Assembly (NCBI GenBank): GCA_033723415.1
Contig: JAWVXD010000001.1
Span: 256,001-320,000 of the forward strand
Reading direction: 5' to 3'
Source of the DNA: Sulfurospirillaceae bacterium
GTDB lineage: Bacteria > Campylobacterota > Campylobacteria > Campylobacterales > Sulfurospirillaceae
Length of the DNA stretch: 64,000 nucleotides
The notes beneath the pieces are model-generated. The model was not told the DNA's origin. It did not search any database and saw only the letters and a program-made list of their open reading frames with translations. This document shows positions 13,588-23,755 of this stretch, in pieces (the stretch's first letter is position 1; each line of letters starts with the position of its first letter). The translations under genes were made by a program, and so were the position numbers.

Positions 13588-13905
13588 ATGAGTAATGTAA
13601 CGGCTCCGGAGAACACACCTGTTTGGGTTGATGTAAAAAGATGTAAAGCTTGTGATATTTGCGTAAGCGTTTGTCCAGCTGGTGTTTTAGCAATGGTCGT
13701 AGCACCTAACTCAACTTTAGGTTCTATGATCGAGGTAGAAGTACCTGATGCTTGTATTGGTTGTAGAGATTGTGAACTTCATTGCCCGGATTTCGCTATA
13801 TATGTAGCAGAACGTGGTGAATATAAGTTTGCTAGGATTACTGATGAGGCCAAAAAAAGAGCCGAAGATGTTAAGAAAAATAAATATAGAAAATTAAGTG
13901 CATAG
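13588..13905 (+). CDS. oorD: 2-oxoglutarate:acceptor oxidoreductase ferredoxin subunit
   Basis: Two CxxCxxCxxxCP motifs; first gene of oorDABC. Confidence 0.92.
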   Translation: MSNVTAPENTPVWVDVKRCKACDICVSVCPAGVLAMVVAPNSTLGSMIEVEVPDACIGCRDCELHCPDFAIYVAERGEYKFARITDEAKKRAEDVKKNKYRKLSA

Positions 13906-13915
13906 GGGGAAATAA

Positions 13916-15046
13916 ATGGCAAGAGAAGTAATCTCAAGTGGTAATGCACTTGTAGCTAAAGCAGCAGCGGAATGTGGTTGTAAATTTTTTGGAGGCTATC
14001 CTATTACCCCATCTAGTGAAATTGCACATGAGATGAGTGTATTGTTGCCAAGAGAAGGCGGACAGTTTATACAAATGGAAGACGAAATAGGCGGAATTTG
14101 TGCTGCTCTTGGTGCATCTATGAGTGGTGTAAAATCAATGACAGCTACAAGTGGTCCCGGTATTTCTTTAAAATCAGAGCAAATCGGTTATTCGTTCATA
14201 ACTGAAGTTCCTCTTGTTATCGTAAATGTTATGAGAGGCGGACCAAGTACAGGACTTCCTACCCGTGTTTCTCAAGCAGATATCGGTCAAGCAAAATATC
14301 CAACTCATGGTGATTATGCTTCTATAACTCTTTGTCCAGGTAGTTTGGAAGAGTGTTATACAGATACAGTAAAAGCGTTCAATTTAGCTGAAAAATATAT
14401 GACACCGGTATTTGTTCTTTTAGATGAGACTTTAGGACATATGTTAGGTAAAGCGATTCTTCCTGATCTAGAAGAAATAGAAAAAAGTGTAGTTAAAAGA
14501 GCTGAATTCACAGGCGATCCAAAAGATTATAAGCCATATGATGCGAAGATGAATGAACCTGCGGTTTTAAATCCTTTCTTTAAAGGCTACAAATACCACG
14601 TTACAGGCTTACATCATGGTCCAACCGGTTTTCCAACAGAAGACGGTGCTATATGTGAGTTTAATATTGAAAGATTAGTAGGAAAAGTCAACAATGCAAC
14701 AGACTTGATCGAGTATGAAGAATTTATGCTTGATGATGCAGAAGTTTGTATCATAGCTTATGGAAGTATAAGTAGAGGTGCAAAAGAAGCAGTTTCTAAA
14801 CTCAGAAATGATGGAATAAAAGCAGGTCTTTTTAGACCTATAACTCTATGGCCAAGTCCGGTTGAAAAATTAAAAGAAATCGGAAATAAGTTTGACAAAG
14901 TGATGGTAACAGAATTAAATATGGGACAATATTTAGAAGAGATACAAAGAGTTACCAAAAGAGATGACTTTGCAACGCTTCTAAAAGCGAATGGTCGTCC
15001 TATAGCGCCAGTTGAAATGGTTGCCAAAGTTAAGGAGATGATGTAA
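13916..15046 (+). CDS. oorA: 2-oxoglutarate:acceptor oxidoreductase alpha subunit
   Basis: GYPITPSSEI, QMEDEI, ATSGPG, RGGPSTGLPT. Confidence 0.95.
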   Translation: MAREVISSGNALVAKAAAECGCKFFGGYPITPSSEIAHEMSVLLPREGGQFIQMEDEIGGICAALGASMSGVKSMTATSGPGISLKSEQIGYSFITEVPLVIVNVMRGGPSTGLPTRVSQADIGQAKYPTHGDYASITLCPGSLEECYTDTVKAFNLAEKYMTPVFVLLDETLGHMLGKAILPDLEEIEKSVVKRAEFTGDPKDYKPYDAKMNEPAVLNPFFKGYKYHVTGLHHGPTGFPTEDGAICEFNIERLVGKVNNATDLIEYEEFMLDDAEVCIIAYGSISRGAKEAVSKLRNDGIKAGLFRPITLWPSPVEKLKEIGNKFDKVMVTELNMGQYLEEIQRVTKRDDFATLLKANGRPIAPVEMVAKVKEMM

Positions 15047-15047
15047 T

Positions 15048-15881
15048 ATGGCTTTTAATTATGATAAATACCTTAGAGTAGAAAAGATGCCGACACTTTG
15101 GTGTTGGGGATGTGGAGACGGTGTTATTTTAAAATCCGTAATTCGTGTTATTGACAAAATGGGATGGAATATGGATGATGTTTGTATAGTTTCAGGCATT
15201 GGATGTAGTGGAAGATTCAGCTCATATATAGACTGCAATACAGTTCATACTACACACGGTCGTGCTATAGCTTATGCAACAGGTATTAAATTGGCAAATC
15301 CAGAAAAACACGTGATTGTTGTAACTGGTGATGGTGATGGTTTAGCAATTGGCGGAAATCATACTATCCACGGTTGTAGAAGAAACATAGATTTAAATCA
15401 TATAGTTATAAACAACTTTATATATGGTCTAACAAATTCACAAACTAGTCCGACTACACCTAAGGGTATGTGGACAGTTACTGCACAATACGGCAATGTT
15501 GATCCTACATTTGATGCTTGTAAATTGGCAGAAGGTGCAGGAGCTTCTTTTATAGGTAGAGAATCAGTTCTAGATCCAAAGAAACTAGAAAAAGTTTTAT
15601 TTGAAGGCTTTTCACACAAGGGATATTCATTCTTTGATATTTTTTCAAATTGCCATATAAATCTTGGTAGAAAAAATAAAATGGGAGAAGCTGTTCAAAC
15701 ATTGAATTGGATTGAAGAGATGTGTGTATCTAAGAAAAAATTTGATGACTTGAGCGATGAAGAAAAAGTTGGCAAGTTTCCATTGGGTGTATTGAAAAAA
15801 GATGAAGACGCACTAGAATATTGTGAAGCATACGGCAAAGTTATCGAAGCTGCACAAAACAAAACAAAAATTCAACTGTGA
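15048..15881 (+). CDS. oorB: 2-oxoglutarate:acceptor oxidoreductase beta subunit
   Basis: WCWGCG, SGIGCS, GDGD TPP motif. Confidence 0.95.
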   Translation: MAFNYDKYLRVEKMPTLWCWGCGDGVILKSVIRVIDKMGWNMDDVCIVSGIGCSGRFSSYIDCNTVHTTHGRAIAYATGIKLANPEKHVIVVTGDGDGLAIGGNHTIHGCRRNIDLNHIVINNFIYGLTNSQTSPTTPKGMWTVTAQYGNVDPTFDACKLAEGAGASFIGRESVLDPKKLEKVLFEGFSHKGYSFFDIFSNCHINLGRKNKMGEAVQTLNWIEEMCVSKKKFDDLSDEEKVGKFPLGVLKKDEDALEYCEAYGKVIEAAQNKTKIQL

Positions 15882-15893
15882 GGTGGGCTTAAC

Positions 15894-16445
15894 ATGAGAA
15901 GACAATTAAGATTTGTTGGAGTTGGTGGTCAAGGTGTTATTCTTGCAGGTGAAATTTTAGCTGAAGCAAAAATTGATGATGGCGGATATGGTGTAAAAGC
16001 ATCAACGTACACATCACAAGTTAGAGGCGGTCCTACAAAAGTTGATATTTTGTTGGATGACAGTGAAATCTTATTCCCATACGCAAATGAAGGCGAGATC
16101 GAGTTTATGATAGCAACAGCTCAAGTAAGCTACGATCAGTTTAAAGAAGGCGTAAAAGAGGGTGGCATCATCGTTGTAGAGCCAAATCTTGTAACACCAA
16201 GTGAAGAAGATAGAAAAAAATGGACTATCTATGATATTCCTATAATCACAATAGCAAAAGAAGAGGTTGGTAATGTTATTACTCAATCTGTTGTTGCTCT
16301 TTCTATTACTGTAGAAATGACACAAGTTCTTGATCATGAGCTTGTAAAAAAGATAATGCTAGAAAAAGTACCACAAAAGGTACACGCAGCTAACTTAAAA
16401 GCTTATGAGTTAGGTGTAAAATACGCAAAAGAAGCACTAGCTTAA
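15894..16445 (+). CDS. oorC: 2-oxoglutarate:acceptor oxidoreductase gamma subunit
   Basis: GVGGQGV, YTSQVRGG. Confidence 0.95.
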   Translation: MRRQLRFVGVGGQGVILAGEILAEAKIDDGGYGVKASTYTSQVRGGPTKVDILLDDSEILFPYANEGEIEFMIATAQVSYDQFKEGVKEGGIIVVEPNLVTPSEEDRKKWTIYDIPIITIAKEEVGNVITQSVVALSITVEMTQVLDHELVKKIMLEKVPQKVHAANLKAYELGVKYAKEALA

Positions 16446-16452
16446 TTTTTCA

Positions 16453-16486
16453 TTTGGCACTGCAGGATTTTTCTTGTAGTGTCAAA
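16453..16486 (+). terminator. Probable intrinsic terminator after oorC
   Basis: 15-bp stem with three G-U pairs (TTTGGCACTGCAGGA/TCTTGTAGTGTCAAA). Confidence 0.65.
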
Positions 16487-16673
16487 TCAACTTTCTCTCT
16501 GTATCAAATTTATTATAATCTACTCTAATTTTTCATTTTCATTTTGTTAAATAGCTAAATAAAAAATATTTGTATTTAATACAAATTAGTTACTAAGCTA
16601 AAAAGTTATAAAATATATATTCTTGAAAATGAGAGATCAAAAATATAAAAGAATTAACTAAAGGAATATTACG

Positions 16674-17279
16674 ATGAGAAATGATTTTGAAAAAGCTATG
16701 CACTTTCGTCATGCATGTAAACTATTTGATGCGACCAAGGCGATGAGTAAAGAAGACCTAGATTTTATTTTAGAAGCAGGGCGTTTAAGTCCTAGTTCTT
16801 TTGGCATGGAGCATTGGCATTTTTTTGTTATAAAAGATAAAAAGATGCGTGAAGCGATACAGAAATTTTCTTGGGATCAAAAACAAGTTACAACTTCCTC
16901 TGAACTCGTTGCGATAGCTTATAAAAAACAAGTTCGCAGTACAGATTCCTATATTCAGAATGAATTTGACAAATTTAGCTATTCAGATTATGCACGCAAT
17001 ATGTACAAGCAATCTATAGATGCAAGAGATGATGAAACTTTGGAATGTTGGTCTGCCAAGCAAGTCTACATCGCAGCCGGTAACATGATGACAGCAGGTG
17101 CATCTATCGGAATAGACTCATGTCCTATGGAAGGATTTGATAAAGATAGCGTTGAGCAGCTCATAGGGCTAGATACAGATAAATACGCCTTAGCACTTCT
17201 TATCCCGTTTGGATACCGTATTAACGAACAATCACCGCTGAAACGCTCAGAACTCTCTGAAATCGTTACCTATATTTAA
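16674..17279 (+). CDS. Nitroreductase family (NfsB/RdxA-like)
   Basis: R.ACK.FD, LSPSSFG.E.W.F, IDSCPMEGF, FGYR. Confidence 0.92.
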   Translation: MRNDFEKAMHFRHACKLFDATKAMSKEDLDFILEAGRLSPSSFGMEHWHFFVIKDKKMREAIQKFSWDQKQVTTSSELVAIAYKKQVRSTDSYIQNEFDKFSYSDYARNMYKQSIDARDDETLECWSAKQVYIAAGNMMTAGASIGIDSCPMEGFDKDSVEQLIGLDTDKYALALLIPFGYRINEQSPLKRSELSEIVTYI

Positions 17280-17286
17280 CTTCATT

Positions 17287-17306
17287 CCGGCGATAAGCAT
17301 CGCCGG
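17287..17306. terminator. GC-rich hairpin between convergent genes
   Basis: CCGGCGAT-AAGC-ATCGCCGG. Confidence 0.6.
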
Positions 17307-17395
17307 GTAATTTTTCATCAGTGCTAATATTTTCATTTCATTTATATAACTACCACCACCGCAGGCTTTTTCTTAAAAGACAAGATGCGAAAATA

Positions 17396-17980
17396 TCAAT
17401 TTTTTTGTATTTTAGTTTTCTTTTTTATGGCTATGGCTGTATCATAAAGAAGTTCAAAGTAGTTGTTATTGTTGTATGAAAATTCCTGTATCACGGTAAG
17501 TCCCAGTTTCTTAGTATGTGCTGCGAAGGAGCGCGGATTGATCTTGTTTATGAAAGTCACGAGAATCGGGTATCTCTTTGACATCTCTTCTCTTGCAAAG
17601 TCAAATATCATCTCTAACATTCCGCTTCCTCGAACACTTTTGTCGATGCAGATTGGTCCATATTGGTACGAGTTATCGACGCTGAGTCTTTGCCCTAAAA
17701 ATTCCAGATTGGGTAAATCCTCTATCATGTAAGCAAACATAGGCCATTTTGACCAAAACTGCCAGGATGCCGCCATAACGTAGGCTACGACTTCATCATC
17801 TTTGATAGCGATGAAAAGACCTTGTTCTTGCTCTATGAGTTCGCTTAGCTGCTTTTTTGTAAAAGGTGTGGTGACAAAACCGTCTTTTTTGTCATTTTCG
17901 TCTATGGAATCCACCTGATATCTAAAGTGAAGTTCTAAAACTTTGTCGATATCGCTAAGCTCTGCTATTTTTAGTTTCAT
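17396..17980 (-). CDS. GNAT-family acetyltransferase
   Basis: YQYGPICID..VRGSG, FINKIN.RS.AAH; start ATG 17980 coupled (ATGA) to the upstream stop. Confidence 0.8.
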   Translation of the reverse strand: MKLKIAELSDIDKVLELHFRYQVDSIDENDKKDGFVTTPFTKKQLSELIEQEQGLFIAIKDDEVVAYVMAASWQFWSKWPMFAYMIEDLPNLEFLGQRLSVDNSYQYGPICIDKSVRGSGMLEMIFDFAREEMSKRYPILVTFINKINPRSFAAHTKKLGLTVIQEFSYNNNNYFELLYDTAIAIKKKTKIQKN

Positions 17981-18816
17981 TGATTCTCCTGATTGATTGA
18001 TTCGTAAGCTATTAGTATCTTTTTGCGCTCGATTCCCCACCTGTATCCACTCATCGCACCGCTTTGTGCGATGACTCTGTGACAAGGGATAAGATAACCG
18101 ATGTGATTCTTTCCTATGGCACTTGCAACGGCTCGTACGGCTTTTGGTTTATCGAGAAAATTTGCCATGTCTTGGTAGGTTGCGACGATTCCGTTTGGAA
18201 GATTTAAAAGGGCTTTCCAGACGTTTATCTGAAAATTGGTGCCTTTTACAAAAAGATTGTACTTTTTGTTTTTGATAAAGATATTTTCAAAATATTCACG
18301 CGCTTTTGCGTCATCATGATAAAGATTTGCATTTTCCCAAAGTTCCTTAAATCGCTCAAAGATCAACTCTTTGTTATTGTCGATAAATCCTAGATAGCAG
18401 ATGCCTTTATCCGTGTATGCTATCAACGCTTCACCAAAAGGCGTCTCTCCAAAACCGTAAGTGATGGGCACGTCTTTGCCTTTTTCGCGCCACTCTCTTG
18501 GAGTCACGCCGATTAGGTTGACAAACAGCTCATGTAAACGACTCGAACTTGAAAGCCCGATGTCCAAACTGCTCTCAAGTATGGATTTGGACTCTTTGAT
18601 ATGTTCTTTGGCGTAGTTGAGCGTCACAGAGTGCAAAAACTGCTTGGGAGTCACGCCGACATACTCTTTGAAGATACGGATAAAATAAAACTTGCTCATA
18701 CCGATATTTTTGGCTATGTCATCGATAGAGGGCTGCTCTTTGAAGTGATGGTCTATATACCGAATCGCTTTTTCGATTTGTTTGTAATGGGTATTTAAAT
18801 TTGCAAAATCATTCAT
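17977..18816 (-). CDS. AraC-HTH / O6-methylguanine-DNA methyltransferase (Ada-like, no N-terminal Zn domain)
   Basis: AraC HTH (F.R.FK..VGVTPK), GTNFQ..VW, PCHRV active site. Confidence 0.92.
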   Translation of the reverse strand: MNDFANLNTHYKQIEKAIRYIDHHFKEQPSIDDIAKNIGMSKFYFIRIFKEYVGVTPKQFLHSVTLNYAKEHIKESKSILESSLDIGLSSSSRLHELFVNLIGVTPREWREKGKDVPITYGFGETPFGEALIAYTDKGICYLGFIDNNKELIFERFKELWENANLYHDDAKAREYFENIFIKNKKYNLFVKGTNFQINVWKALLNLPNGIVATYQDMANFLDKPKAVRAVASAIGKNHIGYLIPCHRVIAQSGAMSGYRWGIERKKILIAYESINQENQ

Positions 18817-19294
18817 ATACAAACCTTATATCATTTTCCAAAAGTATAACGCAAAGACAATAAAGATGCAATCCAAAAATTGCTAAATTTTTGGAATGTC
18901 GTTGCATATATTTTTAAAAGAAATCGATGAAGCATCCAACTCCATTACAGCTTCCTATCTTGCTAATTTTTGGTAAAACCATACTGCAGATATGCTAATT
19001 ACTGAGTGCATAGTATGATCATGATTCCAAGACGAATACCTTACGAATACTGACACTTTATAGTTTCATTTTCATCTTTTATAATTTTGGTATCTAGAGC
19101 TATCATACTATTTAAGACTTTAAATGTCGAGCAGGGATTCATCCTCTCATCCGCGCGAGTACTAAAAGTGCTTCGTTGTGAACTATTGACATCCAAAAAA
19201 TTAAAGTGCCCAAAGTTTGGCTATAGCGCAAAAAGAGGCAACATAACCATTAACTGTTATGGCTTGGTCATTTCTTCATTTATTTTTTGTATTA

Positions 19295-22200
19295 TTAATA
19301 TGTTAACTTTCCTTCAAAATCAACCATCCTAAAACCAAGACGACTGGAAAGCTTTTCAATTGTTTCTAGAAATAAACCTTTAATGTTGTGATCAGATGAA
19401 TTATTATATATGTCTATTAACTTTATGGCAGTGTTTTTATCTGCAATTTTTACTAACTGGCTCAAAGAATAATGTATAAGATTAAATTCGTTTAATAATA
19501 TAACTCGCATTAAACTATCTTCTGAAAGTTGAAGTTTTTCTATTTCACATAGATAGAGAAGACTAGATATAGCCCATTCAAACTCTTTTCCTTTTTCAAT
19601 ATTCTTTTTTTCTATAGCAACATAGCTAGAAACGAGTTTATTTAATAGTGCTTCAATATCATATTCAATTCTTTCAGATGAAATTAGTGAAATGTAACTT
19701 AATATTTTAGATTGTTCTATATCATTATATTTATATTTTGTAGATTGTTCTATAAGCCAATTTGAAAACTCTGGTAATGCAGAATGAAGATGTTTTTTAT
19801 CTAATATTGCAAGTTGCGACAAGACAGGTTCTATTATATAAGTTAATCCAGCACTAAGAGATGAGAAAATTCCCATATAATCTTTTTTATCAAAGATTTT
19901 AGAAGATATTTTTTTTAATCCTTTAAGTGCAATTTCTCTATCTATATTACCAATTAAAAAACACCATAAGCTAATATTTTCAATGTCTTGAATATTTAGT
20001 TGTTCAACAGCATATATTTCATCAGTAAATTCTTCTTGACTTGAAAGTAAAAGGTTTAATTTAAACTTTATATTGTCAGTTAAAATATCAGAGTTATATA
20101 AATCTAGTAATAATTGTATGTGCTTTCCTTGCATTTTCAAAAGAAATAAACTGTGAAGCAAACTTTCAATTTGTTTATCAGTTAATACTTTTTCTTTAAT
20201 TAACGTAAAAAATTCACACTCATGCATCTGCCAAAAAATACCAGTAAATTCGTATGAATGAATGTAGTCTTCACCAAATTTTAGCCATTCTTCTTTTATT
20301 TGAACATATAGTTCTTTTAATTCTATATCTACTACACTTGGGATTTTCATAGCAACTACTAATCTAATAATCGAGGGGATTGCCTTATCTTTAACAATAC
20401 TTTCCCATTTTGATTGAGGAATTTTATTTTCATCTAACTTACTTATTAAAGTATGTAAAGTTGAAATCTCTTTTTCATTTGTATTGTTACTTAATGATCT
20501 CTCTAAATATAGATCTAAAGCTCTTTCGGCAATATTATCTACTGCCTCTTGCCAATCATGAAGATAACCCTTATGTTCTATATCCTTGCTTAACATCTGA
20601 ATCAACACTTTTTCTGTAAGAAGATTATCTTTTTTAGCAGTTAAAATTTTCGCACCACCATAATGTAATGCCCAACCATTTATAATATATTCTTCAGCTT
20701 TTTGAGGCAAATCTTTAACAAATCCATCTAATAATAAATTTCCAATACTCTCCCTAATAGATGATGAGTCACTTGTCCAAGCTTCAGCCAAAAGTTCACC
20801 TAAGTATTTACGTGTATCACTATCAATCTTAGCCCCATTTACAACACACCTTGCTATCAATCTAAGAGATGTAAAAAAAGCATCATCATCTTTTTGCATT
20901 TGTTCTTTTATTATTTCATTTGATTTTGAGTATGACTCTAATGCAAATTGAATAGTTTGAGCCCAAGGTCTTGAAATAATTTTTTCAAAACCATTAATTA
21001 TCTCTTCTTCTTTATTATCTCGAATGTATAGAGATGCTAAATACTCTTGAATGGTTGGATATGTAAATTGCCATCTGCTTGATACCTTTGATAAAATTCC
21101 ATACTTATGTAGGTTTTCTAAATATTCTTGTGGTTTGTCACAATATTCTAAACTTCGTAAATATCTTAAAATATCTTTTTCATTAAATCCTATGTGTTCT
21201 TGAGCTAATCCTTGATAAGCTAAATATTCTGCTACCTCTTGTAAATAAGGGGTATTGTTTGTTCCTTGACTTGGCTTATGTTCTGGTAAAAAAAGAATAT
21301 CTAAATATTGTTCTAGAATTTCAGTTCTTGATGTTGGCAAATTGGTATCTGCTTTAAAAGTAGCTATTACTAAAGATAAAAATAATGGGATCCTCAATAA
21401 ATGCATAAGTTCAGTGTTATATTTAGTATGCTCTAGTAACTTATCTCCATCAATCTTTGCACCAAACTGACTATAAGACTTTGAAAATTCTATTATCTTT
21501 TCATCAGCTAATCGTCTTATTTCAAGAGTTTTAACATCTAAACTTTTAGTTAATATTGAACTATCTCTAACTGTTAATAAAAAGTCTGTTTTTGGAAATC
21601 TTGCAATATGTTTGCTTACTTTATCTAAAACATTTTGTCTTTCAGTATTACTAAGTTCATCTAATCCATCAAAAAAGATAGATACACGACCAGCTGAACA
21701 CATATAACTCCAATCAATTTTAACATAATAAGTGTCATTTATTATTGTATTTAAATGACTCATAACAGAGCTACTTTCTATTAATGTAGAAAGAGGGATA
21801 AATGCAGGCAATTTAATTTTATCTTGACTTAATTTATAAGATATTGCTTTTAGTAATGTTGTTTTTCCTAAACCTGCTCCTGCATTTATAACAGCTTGTG
21901 ATATTTCACCATTTGGAAAGTCTTTTAATTCAAAAAAGCTTTTAGGTTTTATCTCTCTCCAACTTCTTAAATCTTCAAACTCAAAATCTTGATAATCAGA
22001 AGATGAGTTTTCATAAAGTTCAGGCCATAAAAAAAGTTCATCAATACCACCACAAAGTTTTGTTCCAGGTACTGATAACAAATGAAACTCATTTTTGATA
22101 GCTTCTTTATAAATAGACACTCCCCAATGTGGAGAATCTTCTACTTCAATTTTATAGTTTACTAAAAGTTCTTCTAATAACTGTGAACAAATAAAACTTC

Positions 22201-22825
22201 TTCGTATTCTTGCATGACCACCAATCATATCTCTTAATATAGAATATAAAGCTCTCTTTTCAACATTGCTATTTGGAATATAATTTGGACAATAATCTCT
22301 TTCAATATCAGATAAATGTTTTACATCTACTTTGACAAATTTTAATAAACCAAATATGGTTTCATTATCAGTCAAAATATCAGGTTGTTTTATTTTTTCT
22401 ACTATAGACAATTGTAAACTATTAAGACTTTCTATCCATTCATCTACATTTTCTTTTCCATTAGCTCTATCACAAAGTTCTTTTAACCCTTGCATAGTTG
22501 AATCAGTGTTGCTAATAGCAAGAATAAGAGAATAGCTTTGACCTGTACTCTGACAAATATCGGCTTGAGTTTTAAAGCTAGACCATAATTTTTTCCATTC
22601 TTCTGATGAGGCCTTTAAGCTTTCTTTAGCTTGAATATACTCTTTTTTTCCATTGGAATAAGTTACTACTACATCATCGACTGCTTCTGGTGCTTCAACT
22701 CGGACACTTTCTACAGTTTCTTCACTTGTTCTTGATGAGTCAACCAATTTTCCTAAATATAAAGCTGCAATTGAATTTTGATAATATATTCCTGATTGTG
22801 TTGTTGGTCCACCTGATTCTGCCAT
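19295..22825 (-). CDS. Cap4-like PD-(D/E)xK nuclease fused to NACHT/STAND NTPase; candidate anti-phage protein
   Basis: N-terminal GG..TQSGIYYQ..A, E...DDVV....YIQAK; Walker A AGAGLGKT, Walker B IFFDGLDE, LTVR, PLFLSL, FTYPTIQEYLAS; helical C-terminus; very AT-rich. Confidence 0.82.
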   Translation of the reverse strand: MAESGGPTTQSGIYYQNSIAALYLGKLVDSSRTSEETVESVRVEAPEAVDDVVVTYSNGKKEYIQAKESLKASSEEWKKLWSSFKTQADICQSTGQSYSLILAISNTDSTMQGLKELCDRANGKENVDEWIESLNSLQLSIVEKIKQPDILTDNETIFGLLKFVKVDVKHLSDIERDYCPNYIPNSNVEKRALYSILRDMIGGHARIRRSFICSQLLEELLVNYKIEVEDSPHWGVSIYKEAIKNEFHLLSVPGTKLCGGIDELFLWPELYENSSSDYQDFEFEDLRSWREIKPKSFFELKDFPNGEISQAVINAGAGLGKTTLLKAISYKLSQDKIKLPAFIPLSTLIESSSVMSHLNTIINDTYYVKIDWSYMCSAGRVSIFFDGLDELSNTERQNVLDKVSKHIARFPKTDFLLTVRDSSILTKSLDVKTLEIRRLADEKIIEFSKSYSQFGAKIDGDKLLEHTKYNTELMHLLRIPLFLSLVIATFKADTNLPTSRTEILEQYLDILFLPEHKPSQGTNNTPYLQEVAEYLAYQGLAQEHIGFNEKDILRYLRSLEYCDKPQEYLENLHKYGILSKVSSRWQFTYPTIQEYLASLYIRDNKEEEIINGFEKIISRPWAQTIQFALESYSKSNEIIKEQMQKDDDAFFTSLRLIARCVVNGAKIDSDTRKYLGELLAEAWTSDSSSIRESIGNLLLDGFVKDLPQKAEEYIINGWALHYGGAKILTAKKDNLLTEKVLIQMLSKDIEHKGYLHDWQEAVDNIAERALDLYLERSLSNNTNEKEISTLHTLISKLDENKIPQSKWESIVKDKAIPSIIRLVVAMKIPSVVDIELKELYVQIKEEWLKFGEDYIHSYEFTGIFWQMHECEFFTLIKEKVLTDKQIESLLHSLFLLKMQGKHIQLLLDLYNSDILTDNIKFKLNLLLSSQEEFTDEIYAVEQLNIQDIENISLWCFLIGNIDREIALKGLKKISSKIFDKKDYMGIFSSLSAGLTYIIEPVLSQLAILDKKHLHSALPEFSNWLIEQSTKYKYNDIEQSKILSYISLISSERIEYDIEALLNKLVSSYVAIEKKNIEKGKEFEWAISSLLYLCEIEKLQLSEDSLMRVILLNEFNLIHYSLSQLVKIADKNTAIKLIDIYNNSSDHNIKGLFLETIEKLSSRLGFRMVDFEGKLTY

Positions 22826-22916
22826 ATTCCTAAGTCCTTTTTATCTTGCTTTAATTGAATATTATCATATTTTATATATGTTTAATAAGTATATTTAATT
22901 TCATGTTAACATTAAT

Positions 22917-23333
22917 TTATAGATAACCATTTGCTAAAAGAGCGTAACAAAAAGCCAAATACAGACACAATGGTGAATAAAAAAGGGTGTCGTATCTTGC
23001 AAACAGAGTATTCGTAATTTTTTTAAGAAAGACTATAGAGCTAAACTCTCCAATACCTAAAATGGAAAATATGGCGGCGATTGCCCATCCCATATATGAG
23101 TAGATTTCATCTTTAAAATTACTCAAGCCAAGTTTGTATGCAACAAAGGCAAAACTCAGTATAGCAAAGAGCACAAGAGCAGAAAGAATTTTTCCAGGCT
23201 TCATGAGACGTTTACCATCTGGTGTTTTCGGCAGTGCTTTGTCTAAGCTTGTACTCCAACCAATCACCCAGTAAAAATGAATTTTGGCAATGAGGAATAA
23301 AATAATGATTACACTTAAAGCCACAAATTCCAT
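22917..23333 (-). CDS. DUF3995-like membrane protein
   Basis: HFYW, T.FARYDT..YSPLCL, four hydrophobic segments. Confidence 0.7.
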   Translation of the reverse strand: MEFVALSVIIILFLIAKIHFYWVIGWSTSLDKALPKTPDGKRLMKPGKILSALVLFAILSFAFVAYKLGLSNFKDEIYSYMGWAIAAIFSILGIGEFSSIVFLKKITNTLFARYDTLFYSPLCLYLAFCYALLANGYL

Positions 23334-23371
23334 GTTCTCTCCTTATCTGAAGATCATTATAGCGATATTAA

Positions 23372-23659
23372 TTACTCTTTTAGATTTTCAAACTCAGAAG
23401 AAGTCATACTTGGTATAAACTCCTGAATGTCGTAAGTCGCAAGATTTTCTCTGTTAAATGGATCTTTTTTGAGTACGGCTTTTAATTCTTCCAGTGAGTC
23501 CATTTTAGAGAGGATAATACCACCTGTTCTGGGGATCTTTCGCCCTGAAGCGATGAAGTTACCTGCCTTATATTGCTCTGTCAAATAGTTGACATGCTCA
23601 GTCAAATATTTGTCTATTTTTTCAAGTGGTTGGACATACGTTAACGATACAATAAACAT
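23372..23659 (-). CDS. YciI family protein
   Basis: H..YL, SGRK.PRTGG.I, DPF. Confidence 0.85.
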   Translation of the reverse strand: MFIVSLTYVQPLEKIDKYLTEHVNYLTEQYKAGNFIASGRKIPRTGGIILSKMDSLEELKAVLKKDPFNRENLATYDIQEFIPSMTSSEFENLKE

Positions 23660-23755
23660 GTTTATCCTTTTTATGAAATTATAACAAAATGTGCCAAACT
23701 TTGCTCTTTGTTTTTTTGCATATCTTTGGTAATATACAAATTTTAAAGGAGATTT

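Noticed and set aside
17981..18085. N-terminal extension of the GNAT ORF
   Set aside because: Overlaps the ada-like gene; an RBS and ATGA coupling support ATG 17980
19120..19265. Possible tRNA 3'-end remnant or attC downstream of the NACHT gene
   Set aside because: No TTCGA T-loop or CCA end; the CATAAC..GTTATG palindrome is far too short for an attC
19087..19332. 81-aa + strand ORF
   Set aside because: TTG start without RBS, no recognisable motifs, overlaps the NACHT gene end
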